From NCBI GenBank assembly GCA_964252075.1, contig CAXULY010000064.1, positions 1 through 24,740 on the forward strand: a stretch of 24,740 nucleotides of DNA. Reading direction: 5' to 3'. The translations under genes were made by a program, and so were the position numbers. This DNA comes from an uncultured Deinococcaceae bacterium. GTDB lineage: Bacteria > Deinococcota > Deinococci > Deinococcales > Deinococcaceae. The notes beneath the pieces are model-generated. The model saw only the letters and a program-made list of their open reading frames with translations. It did no database searches and had not been told where the DNA came from. Positions 11,192 through 21,017 of the stretch are shown here, piece after piece; within the stretch, counting starts at the first letter, position 1, and each line of letters opens with the position of its first letter.

Positions 11192-12214
11192 TTACGGCTG
11201 GCGGGTGAGCAGCATGGCGTCCCCCAGGCTGTAGAAGCGGTAGCCTTCCGTGAGGGCCGCCTGGTACGCTGCGCGGATGCGTTCGGGCCCCGCGAAGGCC
11301 GCGACGAGCAGCAGCAGGGTGCTGTCCGGCAGGTGGAAGTTCGTGACGAGCAGGTCCGGCACGCCGAAGGTGTAGCCCGGCTGAATGAAGAGCCGCGTCT
11401 CCCCTTCCCCCGCGCGCAGCGCGCTCTCCTGCCAGGCGCTCTCCAGGGCGCGCACGACGGTCGTGCCGACCGCGATGACACGCCGCCCCTCGGCCTTGGC
11501 GCTGTTGATGGTGCGCGCGGTCTCCTCGCTGATCTCGTACCGCTCGGCGTGCATGACGTGCTCCTCGATGGGGCCCTGCACGGGCTTGAAGGTGCCCGCG
11601 CCGACGTGCAGCGTCACGTGCGCGCGCCGCACGCCCGCGGCGTCCAGGCGCGCGAGCAGGTCCGGCGTGAAGTGCAGGCCCGCGGTGGGCGCCGCGACGG
11701 AGCCCGGCACACGGGCGTACACCGTCTGGTAGCGTTCCCGCCAGTGCTCATCCGAGTCGCCCGCCTCGATGTACGGGGGCAGGGGGAGGCGACCCAGCCG
11801 GTCCAGGTGCGGCTTCACGTCCTCGCTGAAGCGCAGGAGGCGCGCCCCGTCCTCCAGCGTGCCCACCACCTCCGCGCGCAGGTCCCCGATCAGCAGTTCG
11901 CCCCGCACGCGCTTGGCGGGTCGCAGGTACGCGCTCCAGGTGTTCGCTTCCTCCTCGCGCAGCAGCAGCACCTCGACGGCGCCGCCACTCGGCTTGCGGG
12001 CGGCGAGGCGCGCGGGAATCACCCGGCTCTCGTTGAAGACCAGCACATCACCGGCCCGCAGGTACTCGGGGAGGTCCCGGAAGATGCGGTGCTCCAGCGT
12101 CTCCCCGACCACCATGAGGCGGCTCGCGTCGCGCGGTTCGGCGCCCGTCTGCGCGATGCGGCCCAGCGGCAGGTCGAAATGCAGGTGCTTCAGCCAGTCC
12201 ACGGCGTCGCTCAC
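11192..12214 (-). CDS. queA: S-adenosylmethionine:tRNA ribosyltransferase-isomerase
   Basis: VFNESRVIPARL, PLPPYI, YQTVYA, AAPTAGLHFT, TLHVGAGTF, TNFHLP and YRFYSLGDAM. Confidence 0.98.
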   Translation of the reverse strand: MSDAVDWLKHLHFDLPLGRIAQTGAEPRDASRLMVVGETLEHRIFRDLPEYLRAGDVLVFNESRVIPARLAARKPSGGAVEVLLLREEEANTWSAYLRPAKRVRGELLIGDLRAEVVGTLEDGARLLRFSEDVKPHLDRLGRLPLPPYIEAGDSDEHWRERYQTVYARVPGSVAAPTAGLHFTPDLLARLDAAGVRRAHVTLHVGAGTFKPVQGPIEEHVMHAERYEISEETARTINSAKAEGRRVIAVGTTVVRALESAWQESALRAGEGETRLFIQPGYTFGVPDLLVTNFHLPDSTLLLLVAAFAGPERIRAAYQAALTEGYRFYSLGDAMLLTRQP

Positions 12215-12765
12215 GGCTTGCTGGGCGTGGGGGCCTCGGTCTTGCGGGCGGGCGGCATGAAGGCGCCCTCCAGGTCCGACAGGTTCGTGAACTTGTCCGC
12301 GGCGTCCACGAGTTTCTGCGCGGTGTGCTCGCGGAACGCCATGACCTCCACGCGGCGGCCGTTCTCCTGCAGCACCTCCACGATGTCCGTGAAGTCCCCG
12401 TCGCCGCTGCCCAGCACCACCACGTCCAGGTGCGGCATGAGGCGCACCATGTCCGCCACCATGCCCATGTCCCAGTTGCCCTCCCAGATGGGCTTGCCCT
12501 GGTCCGTCACGTGGTGCAGGCTGAGGTTCATGCGCCGCACCTTGTACCCCAGTGTGGAGAGCTTGTAGATGAACGGCCGGGCGGTCGCCTCGCCCTCGCG
12601 CTCCACGGTGTACGCGACGGCGCGCACCAGTTCGCGCTCCGCCACGCCGTACCGCAAGATGGTCTCAAAGTTCACGGTGCGCTCGTGCAGGTCGCGGGCG
12701 CTGTGGTAGAGGTTCTGCGTGTCGATAAAAATGCCGACTCTCGGTTTATACACGACGTATTCCAT
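12211..12765 (-). CDS. NYN-domain (LabA/DUF88, PIN-like) putative ribonuclease
   Basis: IFIDTQNL, GNWDMGMVAD, LGSGDGDF and GRRVEV carry the acidic PIN-type residues. Start moved to ATG 12765 behind GGGGGA, 184 aa. Confidence 0.9.
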   Translation of the reverse strand: MEYVVYKPRVGIFIDTQNLYHSARDLHERTVNFETILRYGVAERELVRAVAYTVEREGEATARPFIYKLSTLGYKVRRMNLSLHHVTDQGKPIWEGNWDMGMVADMVRLMPHLDVVVLGSGDGDFTDIVEVLQENGRRVEVMAFREHTAQKLVDAADKFTNLSDLEGAFMPPARKTEAPTPSKP

Positions 12766-12836
12766 TGGGTCCCCCAAAAATGCCTCGCGGCATCCAGCAA
12801 AGTGGTCGGTCACCCCGTGAGCGGGGCGCCGACCAC

Positions 12837-12845
12837 AGGCTAGCA
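12837..12845 (-). promoter_or_regulatory. Candidate extended -10 promoter for NYN-queA
   Basis: TGc-TAGCCT about 70 nt upstream of the NYN start. Confidence 0.45.
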
Positions 12846-12855
12846 CTGGCGCGCG

Positions 12856-15330
12856 TCAGCCGGTGTTGCGTACGCCCGCCGCGATGCCCTGAATGCTCAG
12901 CAGCAGGGGGCGTTCCAGCTCCGCCTGCAATTCCGGGTTGCTGCGCACGCGGCGCAGCAACTCCACCTGCAGGCGGTGAATGGGGTCGATGTACGGGTTG
13001 CGCAGCTCGATGGAGCGCGCGAGGCGCGGCTCGGCGGCGAGGAGCGGGCCGCCCACGGCGTCCTCCACCAGGCGCACAGTGTCCCCGAAGGCGGCCTTGA
13101 TGTGGTCCGCGAGGGCGCTGGCCGGGGCGAGGGTGAGGTACTGGTCGAAGATCAGGAAGTCGCACTTCGCGAGGCTCATCTGCGCGTTGTCGAGCAGGGA
13201 GCGGAAGAACGGCCACTGCGCGTACATCTCACGCGCGAGGTCCGGCCCCATGGCGCGCAGGCCCTCCGCGAGGCCGTACCAGCCGGGGAGGTTCGCGCGG
13301 TTCTGCGTCCAGCTCATCACCCACGGGATGGCGCGCAGGTTCGACAGGGTGGGCGCGCCAGGGCGCCGCACGGGCCGCGAGGCGATGTTCAGGTTCGTGA
13401 TCTCGTGAATGGGCGTGACCGCCTCGAAGAACGGCAGGAACTCCGGGTGGTCCACCAGGGAGCGGTACGCGTCGCGGCTGGCGGCAGCGCCGCGCGTGAG
13501 GGCCTGCACCCACGCCTCGGGCAGGTCCGCGCGGGGTTTCGCAGCAGCCACCAGCAGGCCGTACAGGCCCTGCTCAAGGTTGCGCCGCGCGAGGACCGGG
13601 TGGCTGTACTTGTCCGCGAGCGCCTCGCCCTGCTCCGTGATGCGCAGGCCCGCGCCGATGGTCCCCGCAGGCTGCCCCAGGATGGCGCGCGAGGCGGGGC
13701 CGCCCCCGCGCCCGATGCTGGTGCCGCGCCCGTGGAAGAAGCGCCACGGCACGCCCGCGCGGCGGCACACGTCCGCGATGGCGCGCTGCGCCTCGTGCAG
13801 CGCCCAGTTCGCCGCGAGGAACCCGGCGTCCTTGTTGCTGTCGCTGTACCCCAGCATGATCTCTTGCACGCTGTCTCCCAGCACCGCGCGGTACTCGGGC
13901 AGCGAGAGCAGTTCCCACACCACCTGCGGGGCGCGCGTGAGGTCGTCGAGCGTCTCGAAGAGCGGCACGGGCAGCACCCGGAAGCCCACCTCGCGCGCCA
14001 GGATCAGGGGTTCCAGCACGTCCGTGACGCTCTCGGACATGCTCACGATGTAGCGCCCGAAGGCGCCCGGCCCGACGCGCTGCACGGCGGCCGCCACCTC
14101 GCGGATGGGGCCGACGGCGCGCTCCAGTTCGTCCGGCATGGGGGCGTTCGCGGGCCACAGCGGGCGGCGGGAGCGCAACTCGGCGCTCAGCACCTCCAGC
14201 TTGCGGTGCTCGGGGAGGGCCTCGTACCCGTCCGTGACGCCGCCCTCGCGCAGCAGGGCCGCGACCGCCGCGCCCGTGAGGGCGCTGTGCTCGCGCAGAT
14301 CGAGGCTTACCAGGGAGCGCCCGAAACCCTGCACGAGCGTCTCCAGCGGTGCCAGCAGGGTCTCGGCGCTGCGCGTCTGGCCCTGCTCGCGCAGGCGCGC
14401 GTCGAGGGCGCGCACGCGCCCCTCCAGGTCCAGGGGCTGTCCCACCCCAAGCGCGTCGTAGATGGCCTGCAGTTCCTCACGGTACACCTCACTGCCCGCC
14501 TCGTCCTGGCTGAGGTCCGCGTAGGCGCGCTGCACGGCGTCCATCAGCAGGGCGCGGGCGCGGTCCGCGTGCAGCGCGAGGGTGTCGCGCGTCGCCTCGG
14601 GCGTGACGTTCGGGTTGCCGTCCCTGTCCCCGCCCATCCAGCTGCTGAAGTGCAGCGGCAGCGGCGCCCGCACGGGCCGCCCGTACACGCGGCGGAAGGC
14701 GCGGTGCAGGTCGCGCAGCAGCACCGGCAGGGCGCTCGCGATGGTCGAGACGTAGTTCAGGCCGCCCTTCACCTCGTCCAGCACGGTGGGCTTCAGGCGC
14801 CGCAGTTCCGGCGTGCGCCACATGGCCTCCACGTGCGCCGTGACGCGCTCCAGCGCCTCGTCGTCCAGGCGCGCGAGCTCCTGCGCGACCTGCACGAGGT
14901 GCGCGCGGATGGTGCGGCGGCGCATCTCGGTGGGGTGCGCGGTGAAGGTGAGACCCAGCTCCACGCCGCGCAGGAGGGCCTCGGCGGCGTCCGCGTCGAG
15001 GCCCTGCGCCTTGAGGTCCATGAGGGCGGCCTCCAGGCCCTGCGGGCGCAGGCCCTCGCGGGACTCCAGCACGCGCACGCGCTCGTTCTCCTCCGCGAGG
15101 TTCACGAGCTGGAAATACCACGAGAAGGCCCGCACGAGGTTCGCGGCGGCCTCCGCGTCCGCGCCGGAGATCAGGGTGGCGAGGTCCGCGCCGTCCTGCC
15201 CGGCGCGCGCGGTGCGCACCAGGGCCCGCACGCGCTCCACGAGGTTGAAGAAGGCTTCGCCCTCCTGCTCGCGCAGCACCGTGCCGAGCGCCCGACCGAG
15301 CTTGTTGACGTCCTCGCTGAGGCTGCTCAC
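12856..15330 (-). CDS. ppc: Phosphoenolpyruvate carboxylase
   Basis: TAHPT, WMGGDRDGNP, PLFET, IMLGYSDSNKDAG, FHGRG, LRAIPW and C-terminal RNTG. Start set at GTG 15330 with GGAGG 5 nt upstream. Confidence 0.97.
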   Translation of the reverse strand: MSSLSEDVNKLGRALGTVLREQEGEAFFNLVERVRALVRTARAGQDGADLATLISGADAEAAANLVRAFSWYFQLVNLAEENERVRVLESREGLRPQGLEAALMDLKAQGLDADAAEALLRGVELGLTFTAHPTEMRRRTIRAHLVQVAQELARLDDEALERVTAHVEAMWRTPELRRLKPTVLDEVKGGLNYVSTIASALPVLLRDLHRAFRRVYGRPVRAPLPLHFSSWMGGDRDGNPNVTPEATRDTLALHADRARALLMDAVQRAYADLSQDEAGSEVYREELQAIYDALGVGQPLDLEGRVRALDARLREQGQTRSAETLLAPLETLVQGFGRSLVSLDLREHSALTGAAVAALLREGGVTDGYEALPEHRKLEVLSAELRSRRPLWPANAPMPDELERAVGPIREVAAAVQRVGPGAFGRYIVSMSESVTDVLEPLILAREVGFRVLPVPLFETLDDLTRAPQVVWELLSLPEYRAVLGDSVQEIMLGYSDSNKDAGFLAANWALHEAQRAIADVCRRAGVPWRFFHGRGTSIGRGGGPASRAILGQPAGTIGAGLRITEQGEALADKYSHPVLARRNLEQGLYGLLVAAAKPRADLPEAWVQALTRGAAASRDAYRSLVDHPEFLPFFEAVTPIHEITNLNIASRPVRRPGAPTLSNLRAIPWVMSWTQNRANLPGWYGLAEGLRAMGPDLAREMYAQWPFFRSLLDNAQMSLAKCDFLIFDQYLTLAPASALADHIKAAFGDTVRLVEDAVGGPLLAAEPRLARSIELRNPYIDPIHRLQVELLRRVRSNPELQAELERPLLLSIQGIAAGVRNTG

Positions 15331-15352
15331 GCGCCCCTCCCCTGAATTCGGT

Positions 15353-16117
15353 TCATGCACCCTCCTCGGTGAACTGGTGGCGCTCGGCGCTGGTCGCGCG
15401 CCCGCCCTCGATGGTGAGCGCCACCGCGTTCAGCTGCGCGGGGCCCTCCGCGACGGCGTAGCGGTGCGGCATGTTCGTCACGAAGCGCGCGATGGGCCCC
15501 TCGGGGTCCGCGCCGATCACACTGTGCAGCGGTCCCGTCATGCCCGCGTCCGACTGGAAGGCCGTGCCTCGCGGCAGGATGCGGGTGTCGGCGGTCGGCA
15601 CGTGCGTGTGCGTCCCGACCACGGCCGCCACCCGCCCGTCCGCGTGCAGGGCGAGCGCGGCCTTCTCGCTGGTCGCCTCCGCGTGAAAATCCACGAAGAC
15701 GCTCCCCAGGTCACCCCGCTCCAGCAGTTCATCCAGCGCGGTGAAGGGGTTATCGACCGGGTCCATGTACACGCGGCCCAGCAGGTTCACGACGGTGAGG
15801 GCCTCGCCTCCCACCGTGAAGGTGCCCCAGCCCATGCCCGCCGTGCCGCTCGGGTAATTCAGGGGCCGCAGCACGCGCGGATCGCCGAGCAGCGAGTAGA
15901 TCTCCTTGTTGTTCCAGGTGTGGTTGCCGAGCGTGATGCAGTCGGCGCCCGCACCGAAGATCACGTCGGCGCTCTCACGGTTCAGGCCGAAGCCCCCGGC
16001 GGCGTTCTCGCCGTTCACGATCACGAAGTCGTACTGGGAGCGGATGCGGGGCAGGTGCGAGGCCAGCACGCGCCGCCCCGGCTTGCCGTACACATCGCCC
16101 ACGAACAGGAGCCGCAT
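15353..16117 (-). CDS. YmdB/TIGR00282-family metallophosphoesterase
   Basis: [39 protein letters not shown] and DAGMTGP. Start moved to ATG 16117. Confidence 0.93.
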   Translation of the reverse strand: MRLLFVGDVYGKPGRRVLASHLPRIRSQYDFVIVNGENAAGGFGLNRESADVIFGAGADCITLGNHTWNNKEIYSLLGDPRVLRPLNYPSGTAGMGWGTFTVGGEALTVVNLLGRVYMDPVDNPFTALDELLERGDLGSVFVDFHAEATSEKAALALHADGRVAAVVGTHTHVPTADTRILPRGTAFQSDAGMTGPLHSVIGADPEGPIARFVTNMPHRYAVAEGPAQLNAVALTIEGGRATSAERHQFTEEGA

Positions 16118-16124
16118 GACGCCC

Positions 16125-16130
16125 ACTTTA
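16125..16130 (-). promoter_or_regulatory. -10 box TAAAGT, leaderless configuration for the YmdB-family gene
   Basis: TAAAGT-7 nt-ATG with no Shine-Dalgarno sequence. Confidence 0.65.
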
Positions 16131-16177
16131 ACGTAAGGTGGACGCAAAAGGCGGTGTGGACTAGAGGGGCCGCCCCG

Positions 16178-17305
16178 TCACGCCGTGACGCCCAGCAGGC
16201 GCGCGTAGGCGTCCAGGTACTGCGGCAGGATCAGCTCCGGGCGGAAGTGCTCCACCGCCCGCTGGCGACCCGCACGGCCCATCAGGCGGTACAGGTCCGC
16301 GTCCTTCAGGACGCGCAGGGCGCGGTCCGCCATGCGGTCCACGTCCCCCACGTCCGCCGTGAAGCCCGTCACGCCGTCCAGCACCACTTCCGGCAGGCCG
16401 CCCGCGTTGCTGGACACCACCGGCACCTCGCAGCTCATGGCTTCCAGCGCCACCAGCCCGAAACTCTCGTGGCTGGACGGCAGCAGGAACAGGTCCGCGA
16501 TGCCCAGCACGGCCTCCACGTCCGGGAAGCTCCCCAGGAACTGCACGCGGCCCAGCACGCCCAGCTGCTGCGCGCGCTCGAAGGCGCGCGGGCGCTCCGG
16601 GCCGTCCCCCACCATCAGGAGGCGGGCGGGCACCTCGGACGCCACGCGCGCGAACACCTCGATCACGTCCTCGGTGCGCTTCACGGGCCGGAAGTTCGAG
16701 ATGTGCAGCAGCACCGCCTCCTCCGGGTGCGCGTAACGCGCGCGCACGGCGGGGTCCGGAATGCGGTGGAAGCGCTCGGTGTCCACGAAGTTGTAGATGA
16801 CCTGAATGTCGCGGTCCGTGCCGAACACCTCGCGCGTCTGCTGCGCCAGGAAGTGCGACACGGCCGTCACGGCGTCGCTGCGCTCGATGGCGTGGCGGGT
16901 GGTGTGCTTGAAGGCGGGTTCCAGCCCCACCAGCGTCACGTCCGTGCCGTGCAGGGTCGTCATGACGCGCGTGCGGCGCGTAATGGCCTGCGCGTGAATG
17001 GCCGCCGTCGCGTGCGGAATGGCGTAGTGCGCGTGCGTGAGTTCAATGCCGTGCTCCAGAATCACTTCCGTGAGGGTGTTCGCGGCGGCCAGTTCCGGAA
17101 AGGGCTGATCGAAGAGCGCGTAGGCGTACGCGCCCACCTGATGGAAGTACGGGCCCTGCAGCGCCCCGTGCCCGCCCAGCCGGAACGGCTGCGAGCTGCC
17201 CACGAAATGCACCTCGTGGCCGACCCGCGCCACTTCCAGGCCGAGTTCCGTGGCCACCACCCCCGAGCCACCCGCACTGGCATGGCACAACACCGCGATC
17301 TTCAC
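16178..17305 (-). CDS. bshA: N-acetyl-alpha-D-glucosaminyl L-malate synthase (bacillithiol biosynthesis, GT4)
   Basis: [37 protein letters not shown] and [11 protein letters not shown] are BshA signatures. Start moved to GTG 17305 (MKIAVLC). Confidence 0.94.
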   Translation of the reverse strand: MKIAVLCHASAGGSGVVATELGLEVARVGHEVHFVGSSQPFRLGGHGALQGPYFHQVGAYAYALFDQPFPELAAANTLTEVILEHGIELTHAHYAIPHATAAIHAQAITRRTRVMTTLHGTDVTLVGLEPAFKHTTRHAIERSDAVTAVSHFLAQQTREVFGTDRDIQVIYNFVDTERFHRIPDPAVRARYAHPEEAVLLHISNFRPVKRTEDVIEVFARVASEVPARLLMVGDGPERPRAFERAQQLGVLGRVQFLGSFPDVEAVLGIADLFLLPSSHESFGLVALEAMSCEVPVVSSNAGGLPEVVLDGVTGFTADVGDVDRMADRALRVLKDADLYRLMGRAGRQRAVEHFRPELILPQYLDAYARLLGVTA

Positions 17306-17312
17306 GCCCTGC

Positions 17313-17318
17313 ATCATA
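17313..17318 (-). promoter_or_regulatory. -10 box TATGAT, leaderless configuration for bshA
   Basis: TATGAT-7 nt-GTG. Confidence 0.7.
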
Positions 17319-17436
17319 GTTGCCCCCCTTCAGAAGAGCGTCATTGGCACGACAGTTGCGTCACGTCCACCGCCACCTCACACCCAGCGACTGGGCGCCG
17401 CCGGTATTTATTCACAGCAAAGCTTTCTCATTTCAC

Positions 17437-17445
17437 TGGTACACT
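17437..17445 (+). promoter_or_regulatory. Extended -10 promoter for degV
   Basis: TGg-TACACT 13 nt before the ATG, in an AT-rich stretch. Confidence 0.6.
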
Positions 17446-17458
17446 GGCGGCAGACATC

Positions 17459-18319
17459 ATGATTGCCGTCCTCACCGATTCCACCTGTGACCTTGGGCCT
17501 GTTCAGATTGGCAGCCTGGGCGTCACCGCGCTGCCACTCACCGTTCAGATTCAGGGCCACGCGTACCGTGACTGGGAGGACATCGACCCCGACATTCTGT
17601 TCGACCAGATGCAGGGCGGCGCGCAGCCCAGCACGCAACCGCCCGGCGTGGAAGCGTTCTCGGCCGCGTACCGCCGCCTGCTCGGCGTGTACGACCACGT
17701 CGTCAGCCTGCACCTCTCCGGTCTGCTCAGCGACACGGTGCAGCAGGCGCGTCAGGCGGCCGACGAGGTCGGCGGTGGGCGCGTCACCGTGATCGACACG
17801 AACTTCGCCACGGCCCCTCAGGGTGAACTGGTGATGCTCGCCGCGCGGCTCGCGCGGGAGGGGCGCAGCGCCAGCGAGATCACGGCGCGCGTGGAGCACC
17901 TCCGGCAGCAGCTGCACGCGGAATTCAGCGTGGACAGCCTGGAGTTCCTGCGGCGTGGCGGGCGCCTGTCGCGCGCCTCCGAGGTCCTCGGGAACCTGCT
18001 GAACCTGCGCCCCGTCCTGCGCTTCGAGGGGGGCCGCATCGTCCCAGACCGCCGCGTGCGCGCGAACGCCGTCATCGCGGACATGATCACGCGCCTGGAG
18101 GAACGGTACGGCACCACGCCCATTCACGTGGCGGTCGCGCATGCCGGACGCGACCGCGACCGCATTGACCGGGTGCGCAAGGCACTGGAGGGCAGCCGCC
18201 TGCAGATCCGCTCCGGTCGCATTCAGCTCATTGGCGCCGTGATCGGCGCGCACGTCGGGCCTGGCACCATCGGGCTGGTGGCCTACCCGGCAGAGGACGG
18301 AGGAGCGCCCCGCACATGA
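17459..18319 (+). CDS. DegV-family fatty-acid-binding protein
   Basis: MIAVLTDSTCDL, STQPP, LSGLLSDT, LEFLRRGGRL and IGAHVGPGTIG. It is the tail of the 1177-aa track ORF. Confidence 0.93.
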   Translation: MIAVLTDSTCDLGPVQIGSLGVTALPLTVQIQGHAYRDWEDIDPDILFDQMQGGAQPSTQPPGVEAFSAAYRRLLGVYDHVVSLHLSGLLSDTVQQARQAADEVGGGRVTVIDTNFATAPQGELVMLAARLAREGRSASEITARVEHLRQQLHAEFSVDSLEFLRRGGRLSRASEVLGNLLNLRPVLRFEGGRIVPDRRVRANAVIADMITRLEERYGTTPIHVAVAHAGRDRDRIDRVRKALEGSRLQIRSGRIQLIGAVIGAHVGPGTIGLVAYPAEDGGAPRT

Positions 18320-18690
18320 GGTACTTCTGGCTGCTGGTGATCGTCGCGCTGGGCGCCCTGTACTACTTCTACGGCCTGCGCGTGGGGTACCTGACACTCA
18401 CACCCACTTGGATGGCGAACGCGCAGGGCGTCAGCACATACAAGTACAAACTGTTGCCCGCCGACGTGGGCACCAGCTTCGTGCGCGTGGCGGGTTCCTG
18501 CGACGCGCGCGCCGGGCAGGTGACGCTCAGCTTCACGTCACCCAGCGGTCAGCCGGTCGGCACGCAGGTCTGCCGGGGGGGCCGGTACAGCCTGGGCCTC
18601 ACCGGGCAGGGCGAGACCGGGGAGTACCTGCTGAAGGTGAATTACCTGCATTACACCGGGCGCCTGGAGTTGATCGAACAGCGCCAGTAA
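18316..18690 (+). CDS. Hypothetical membrane-anchored or exported protein
   Basis: ATGA overlap with degV; N-terminal hydrophobic helix; beta-rich body with two Cys; GC-rich third codon positions. Confidence 0.75.
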   Translation: MRYFWLLVIVALGALYYFYGLRVGYLTLTPTWMANAQGVSTYKYKLLPADVGTSFVRVAGSCDARAGQVTLSFTSPSGQPVGTQVCRGGRYSLGLTGQGETGEYLLKVNYLHYTGRLELIEQRQ

Positions 18691-18710
18691 CGCGCGTGCG
18701 ACGTGCTCCA

Positions 18711-18740
18711 GCGCCGCCGGGCCATTTGAGCCGGCGGCGC
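18711..18740. terminator. Hairpin between convergent genes
   Basis: GCGCCGCCGG / CCGGCGGCGC, 10-bp perfect stem; U tracts weak. Confidence 0.55.
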
Positions 18741-18758
18741 GTTCGTGTGGGCCTCACT

Positions 18759-19439
18759 TCAGTTCAGGGCTTCGAGGGGTGAGGCGCCGAGGCTGAAGTG
18801 CAGGGCGCCGCTCTTCTCGAGCGCCAGGTTCCAGCCTTCAGGGGCGCTCGTCTCCACCGCTCCTCCTGCCAGGGTCGCGGCCGTGCCGAGGAGCGTGGGC
18901 AGCGCGTCCGGCTCGGTGACGCCCCACAGGTGCACGGCGGTGCCCAGCAACAAAGCGGCGCCGACCAGCGTGTCCGAGCGGTAGGCGACGAGCCATGTGG
19001 CGGCGCGGTCCCCATCGAGCGCGCGCCTCAGGCTGAGGTTCAGCGCGTCACTCCAGTCGGGGAGGTCCCAGGCGGCCGTCAGGACCTGCGCGATGAGCGC
19101 GAGGTGCTGGCTGGACACCTGCTCCACCCGCAGGTCCGGCGGAACCGCACCTGCCGCGGGGACGGCGAAGCGGCCGAGGGTCAGGGTCTGGACGGGCTGC
19201 CCTGTCAGGGGGCGCGTGGAGGCGAAGAGGGCGGGCGCGCCGCGCGCGTGCAGCCATAGGGCGGCGCGGGTAAAGCCCTCCTCGCCGTCTGCGAAGGCGG
19301 CGTTGGCGCCCAGGAGCGGCGAGCCGGGCGTGTGCAGCACCGTCGCGCCCCGCAGCGCCCGCCGTTCCGAGGCGAGGCGCGTGTAATACCCCAAGTACGC
19401 CTCCAGTGCGGCGGATTCGCGCGCCTGCGAGCGCGTCAT
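18759..19439 (-). CDS. Hypothetical protein, possibly a degenerate GNAT-like fold
   Basis: Protein-like 226-aa frame filling the gap downstream of ftsY; LRVEQVS...WLVAYRSDTLVGAALL recalls GNAT strands but there is no clear acetyl-CoA motif. Start uncertain. Confidence 0.65.
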   Translation of the reverse strand: MTRSQARESAALEAYLGYYTRLASERRALRGATVLHTPGSPLLGANAAFADGEEGFTRAALWLHARGAPALFASTRPLTGQPVQTLTLGRFAVPAAGAVPPDLRVEQVSSQHLALIAQVLTAAWDLPDWSDALNLSLRRALDGDRAATWLVAYRSDTLVGAALLLGTAVHLWGVTEPDALPTLLGTAATLAGGAVETSAPEGWNLALEKSGALHFSLGASPLEALN

Positions 19440-19563
19440 GCGGTGGCCGCCCAATTCAGCATGAGGAGGCGCCGCCACCGCTGGTCTGCCCGCACCGGGC
19501 CTCTCCACAGTTTCCCGAGAATGGCCCTTCCGTGCACCCTCCTCACGTAACTCGGGACGGGCT

Positions 19564-20520
19564 TCACTCCTGACGCACCCCAGTGTCGAACAGCGCGCGG
19601 ATGAACTCGCGGCTGTCGAAGGGCTGCAGGTCCTCGGCGGCCTCCCCCACCCCGATGAACTTGATGGGCACGCCGAGTTCCCGCACGATGGGGATCACGA
19701 TGCCGCCCTTCGCGGTGCCGTCGAGCTTCGTGACGATGACGCCCGTGAGGCCCACCGCCTCATGGAACTTCTTCGCCTGCGAGAGGCCGTTCTGCCCGGT
19801 AACGGCGTCCAGCACCAGCCAGATCTCGGCGGGCTCTCCCTCGTCGGCCTTGCCGATCACGCGCTGCACCTTCTTGAGTTCCTCCATCAGGTTGTGCTTG
19901 GTGTGCAGGCGCCCCGCGGTGTCCACCATCAGGAGGTCCAGGCCGCGCGCCTTACGGGCGCTCGCGGCATCGAAGGCCACGGCGGCCGGGTCGCCGCCGT
20001 CGGGTCCCTGGACGACGGGAATGCCGAGGCGCTCCCCCCACACCCCGAGCTGCGCGCCCGCCGCCGCGCGGAAGGTGTCACCGGCGGCGAACATCACGCG
20101 CTTGCCTTTGCCCGTGTAGTACTGCCCGAGCTTCGCGATGGTGGTGGTCTTTCCAACGCCGTTCACGCCGATCATCATGATGACCTTGCCCCGGGGCTCC
20201 ACTGTGGAGCGCCGGGCGTCAGGCGTGAAGCCCAGCTTGCGGAACTGCGCGCGCTGCACGTCCGGCTCCAGTTGCAGGGTGAGTGCGTCCATCAACGCCT
20301 CCTGCAGGTTCGGTTTGCTGGAGTTGCGCACGTCCTCCAGGATCTCCTCCGTCGCGGCGCGCCCGACGTCCGCGGCGATCAGCGCGAGTTCCAGGTCCTC
20401 CATGGTCTCGATGCGGTTCGTGAACACGTCGCGCAGGTCCGTGCCGAGCACGCCGATGGATTCGTTGAGCTGCTTGCGGGTCTTCGAGAGGCCCTCGCGC
20501 AGCCGGTTAAACCAAGTCAT
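19564..20520 (-). CDS. ftsY: Signal recognition particle receptor FtsY
   Basis: GVNGVGKTTTIAKL, DTFRAAA, DTAGR, DAVTGQN and TKLDGTAKGG; N-terminal WFNRLREGLSKTR; TATCTT 5 nt upstream of the ATG. Confidence 0.98.
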   Translation of the reverse strand: MTWFNRLREGLSKTRKQLNESIGVLGTDLRDVFTNRIETMEDLELALIAADVGRAATEEILEDVRNSSKPNLQEALMDALTLQLEPDVQRAQFRKLGFTPDARRSTVEPRGKVIMMIGVNGVGKTTTIAKLGQYYTGKGKRVMFAAGDTFRAAAGAQLGVWGERLGIPVVQGPDGGDPAAVAFDAASARKARGLDLLMVDTAGRLHTKHNLMEELKKVQRVIGKADEGEPAEIWLVLDAVTGQNGLSQAKKFHEAVGLTGVIVTKLDGTAKGGIVIPIVRELGVPIKFIGVGEAAEDLQPFDSREFIRALFDTGVRQE

Positions 20521-20618
20521 GCCCCAAGATACAGGGCGGCGCCGTGTGCGAAGGCGACCTGAAGCCCTTCTCAGTGTGGGCTCAGCGGTCCTTCATCGCT
20601 GCAGCGTGAAGTGATGCC

Positions 20619-21017
20619 ATGCACAAAGTGATGCTCGCCGCCCTCGTGCTTGCTGGTTCCGCCCTCGCTCAGAACGCCGGTCCTTCCGGTGACTGGCGCC
20701 TGTACCGCCTTGGAAGCGTGAAGCGCACGGTCCTGGTGGAGCGGGGCAGCGCCCCCACCTTGCGCTTCGAGAACGGCCGCGTGGTGGGCACCACGGGCTG
20801 CAACTCGTATTTCGGCGCGGTGACCGTGCGCGGGAAGAGCGTCAGTGTGGGCGCGCTGTCCAGCACCAAGCGGGCCTGCGCGAACAAGGTGCTGGGCGTG
20901 CTGGAGGGCCGGTACCTGCGCAGCCTCGCGCGCGCGCAGACGTACGGCCTCTCCGGTCCGGTGCTGACCCTGCTCACGCGCGACGGCGAAGTGCTGGCCT
21001 TCAGGCAGGGCCGCTGA
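20619..21017 (+). CDS. Secreted META/HslJ-domain protein
   Basis: Signal peptide ending GSALA; WRL, TLRF, GTTGCNSYFG and STKRAC motifs. Confidence 0.88.
   Translation: MHKVMLAALVLAGSALAQNAGPSGDWRLYRLGSVKRTVLVERGSAPTLRFENGRVVGTTGCNSYFGAVTVRGKSVSVGALSSTKRACANKVLGVLEGRYLRSLARAQTYGLSGPVLTLLTRDGEVLAFRQGR

Noticed and set aside
14786..18319. 1177-aa plus-strand ORF
   Set aside because: Only the last 286 aa (DegV, from ATG 17459) look real. The rest is the stop-poor antisense frame of ppc, the YmdB gene and bshA.
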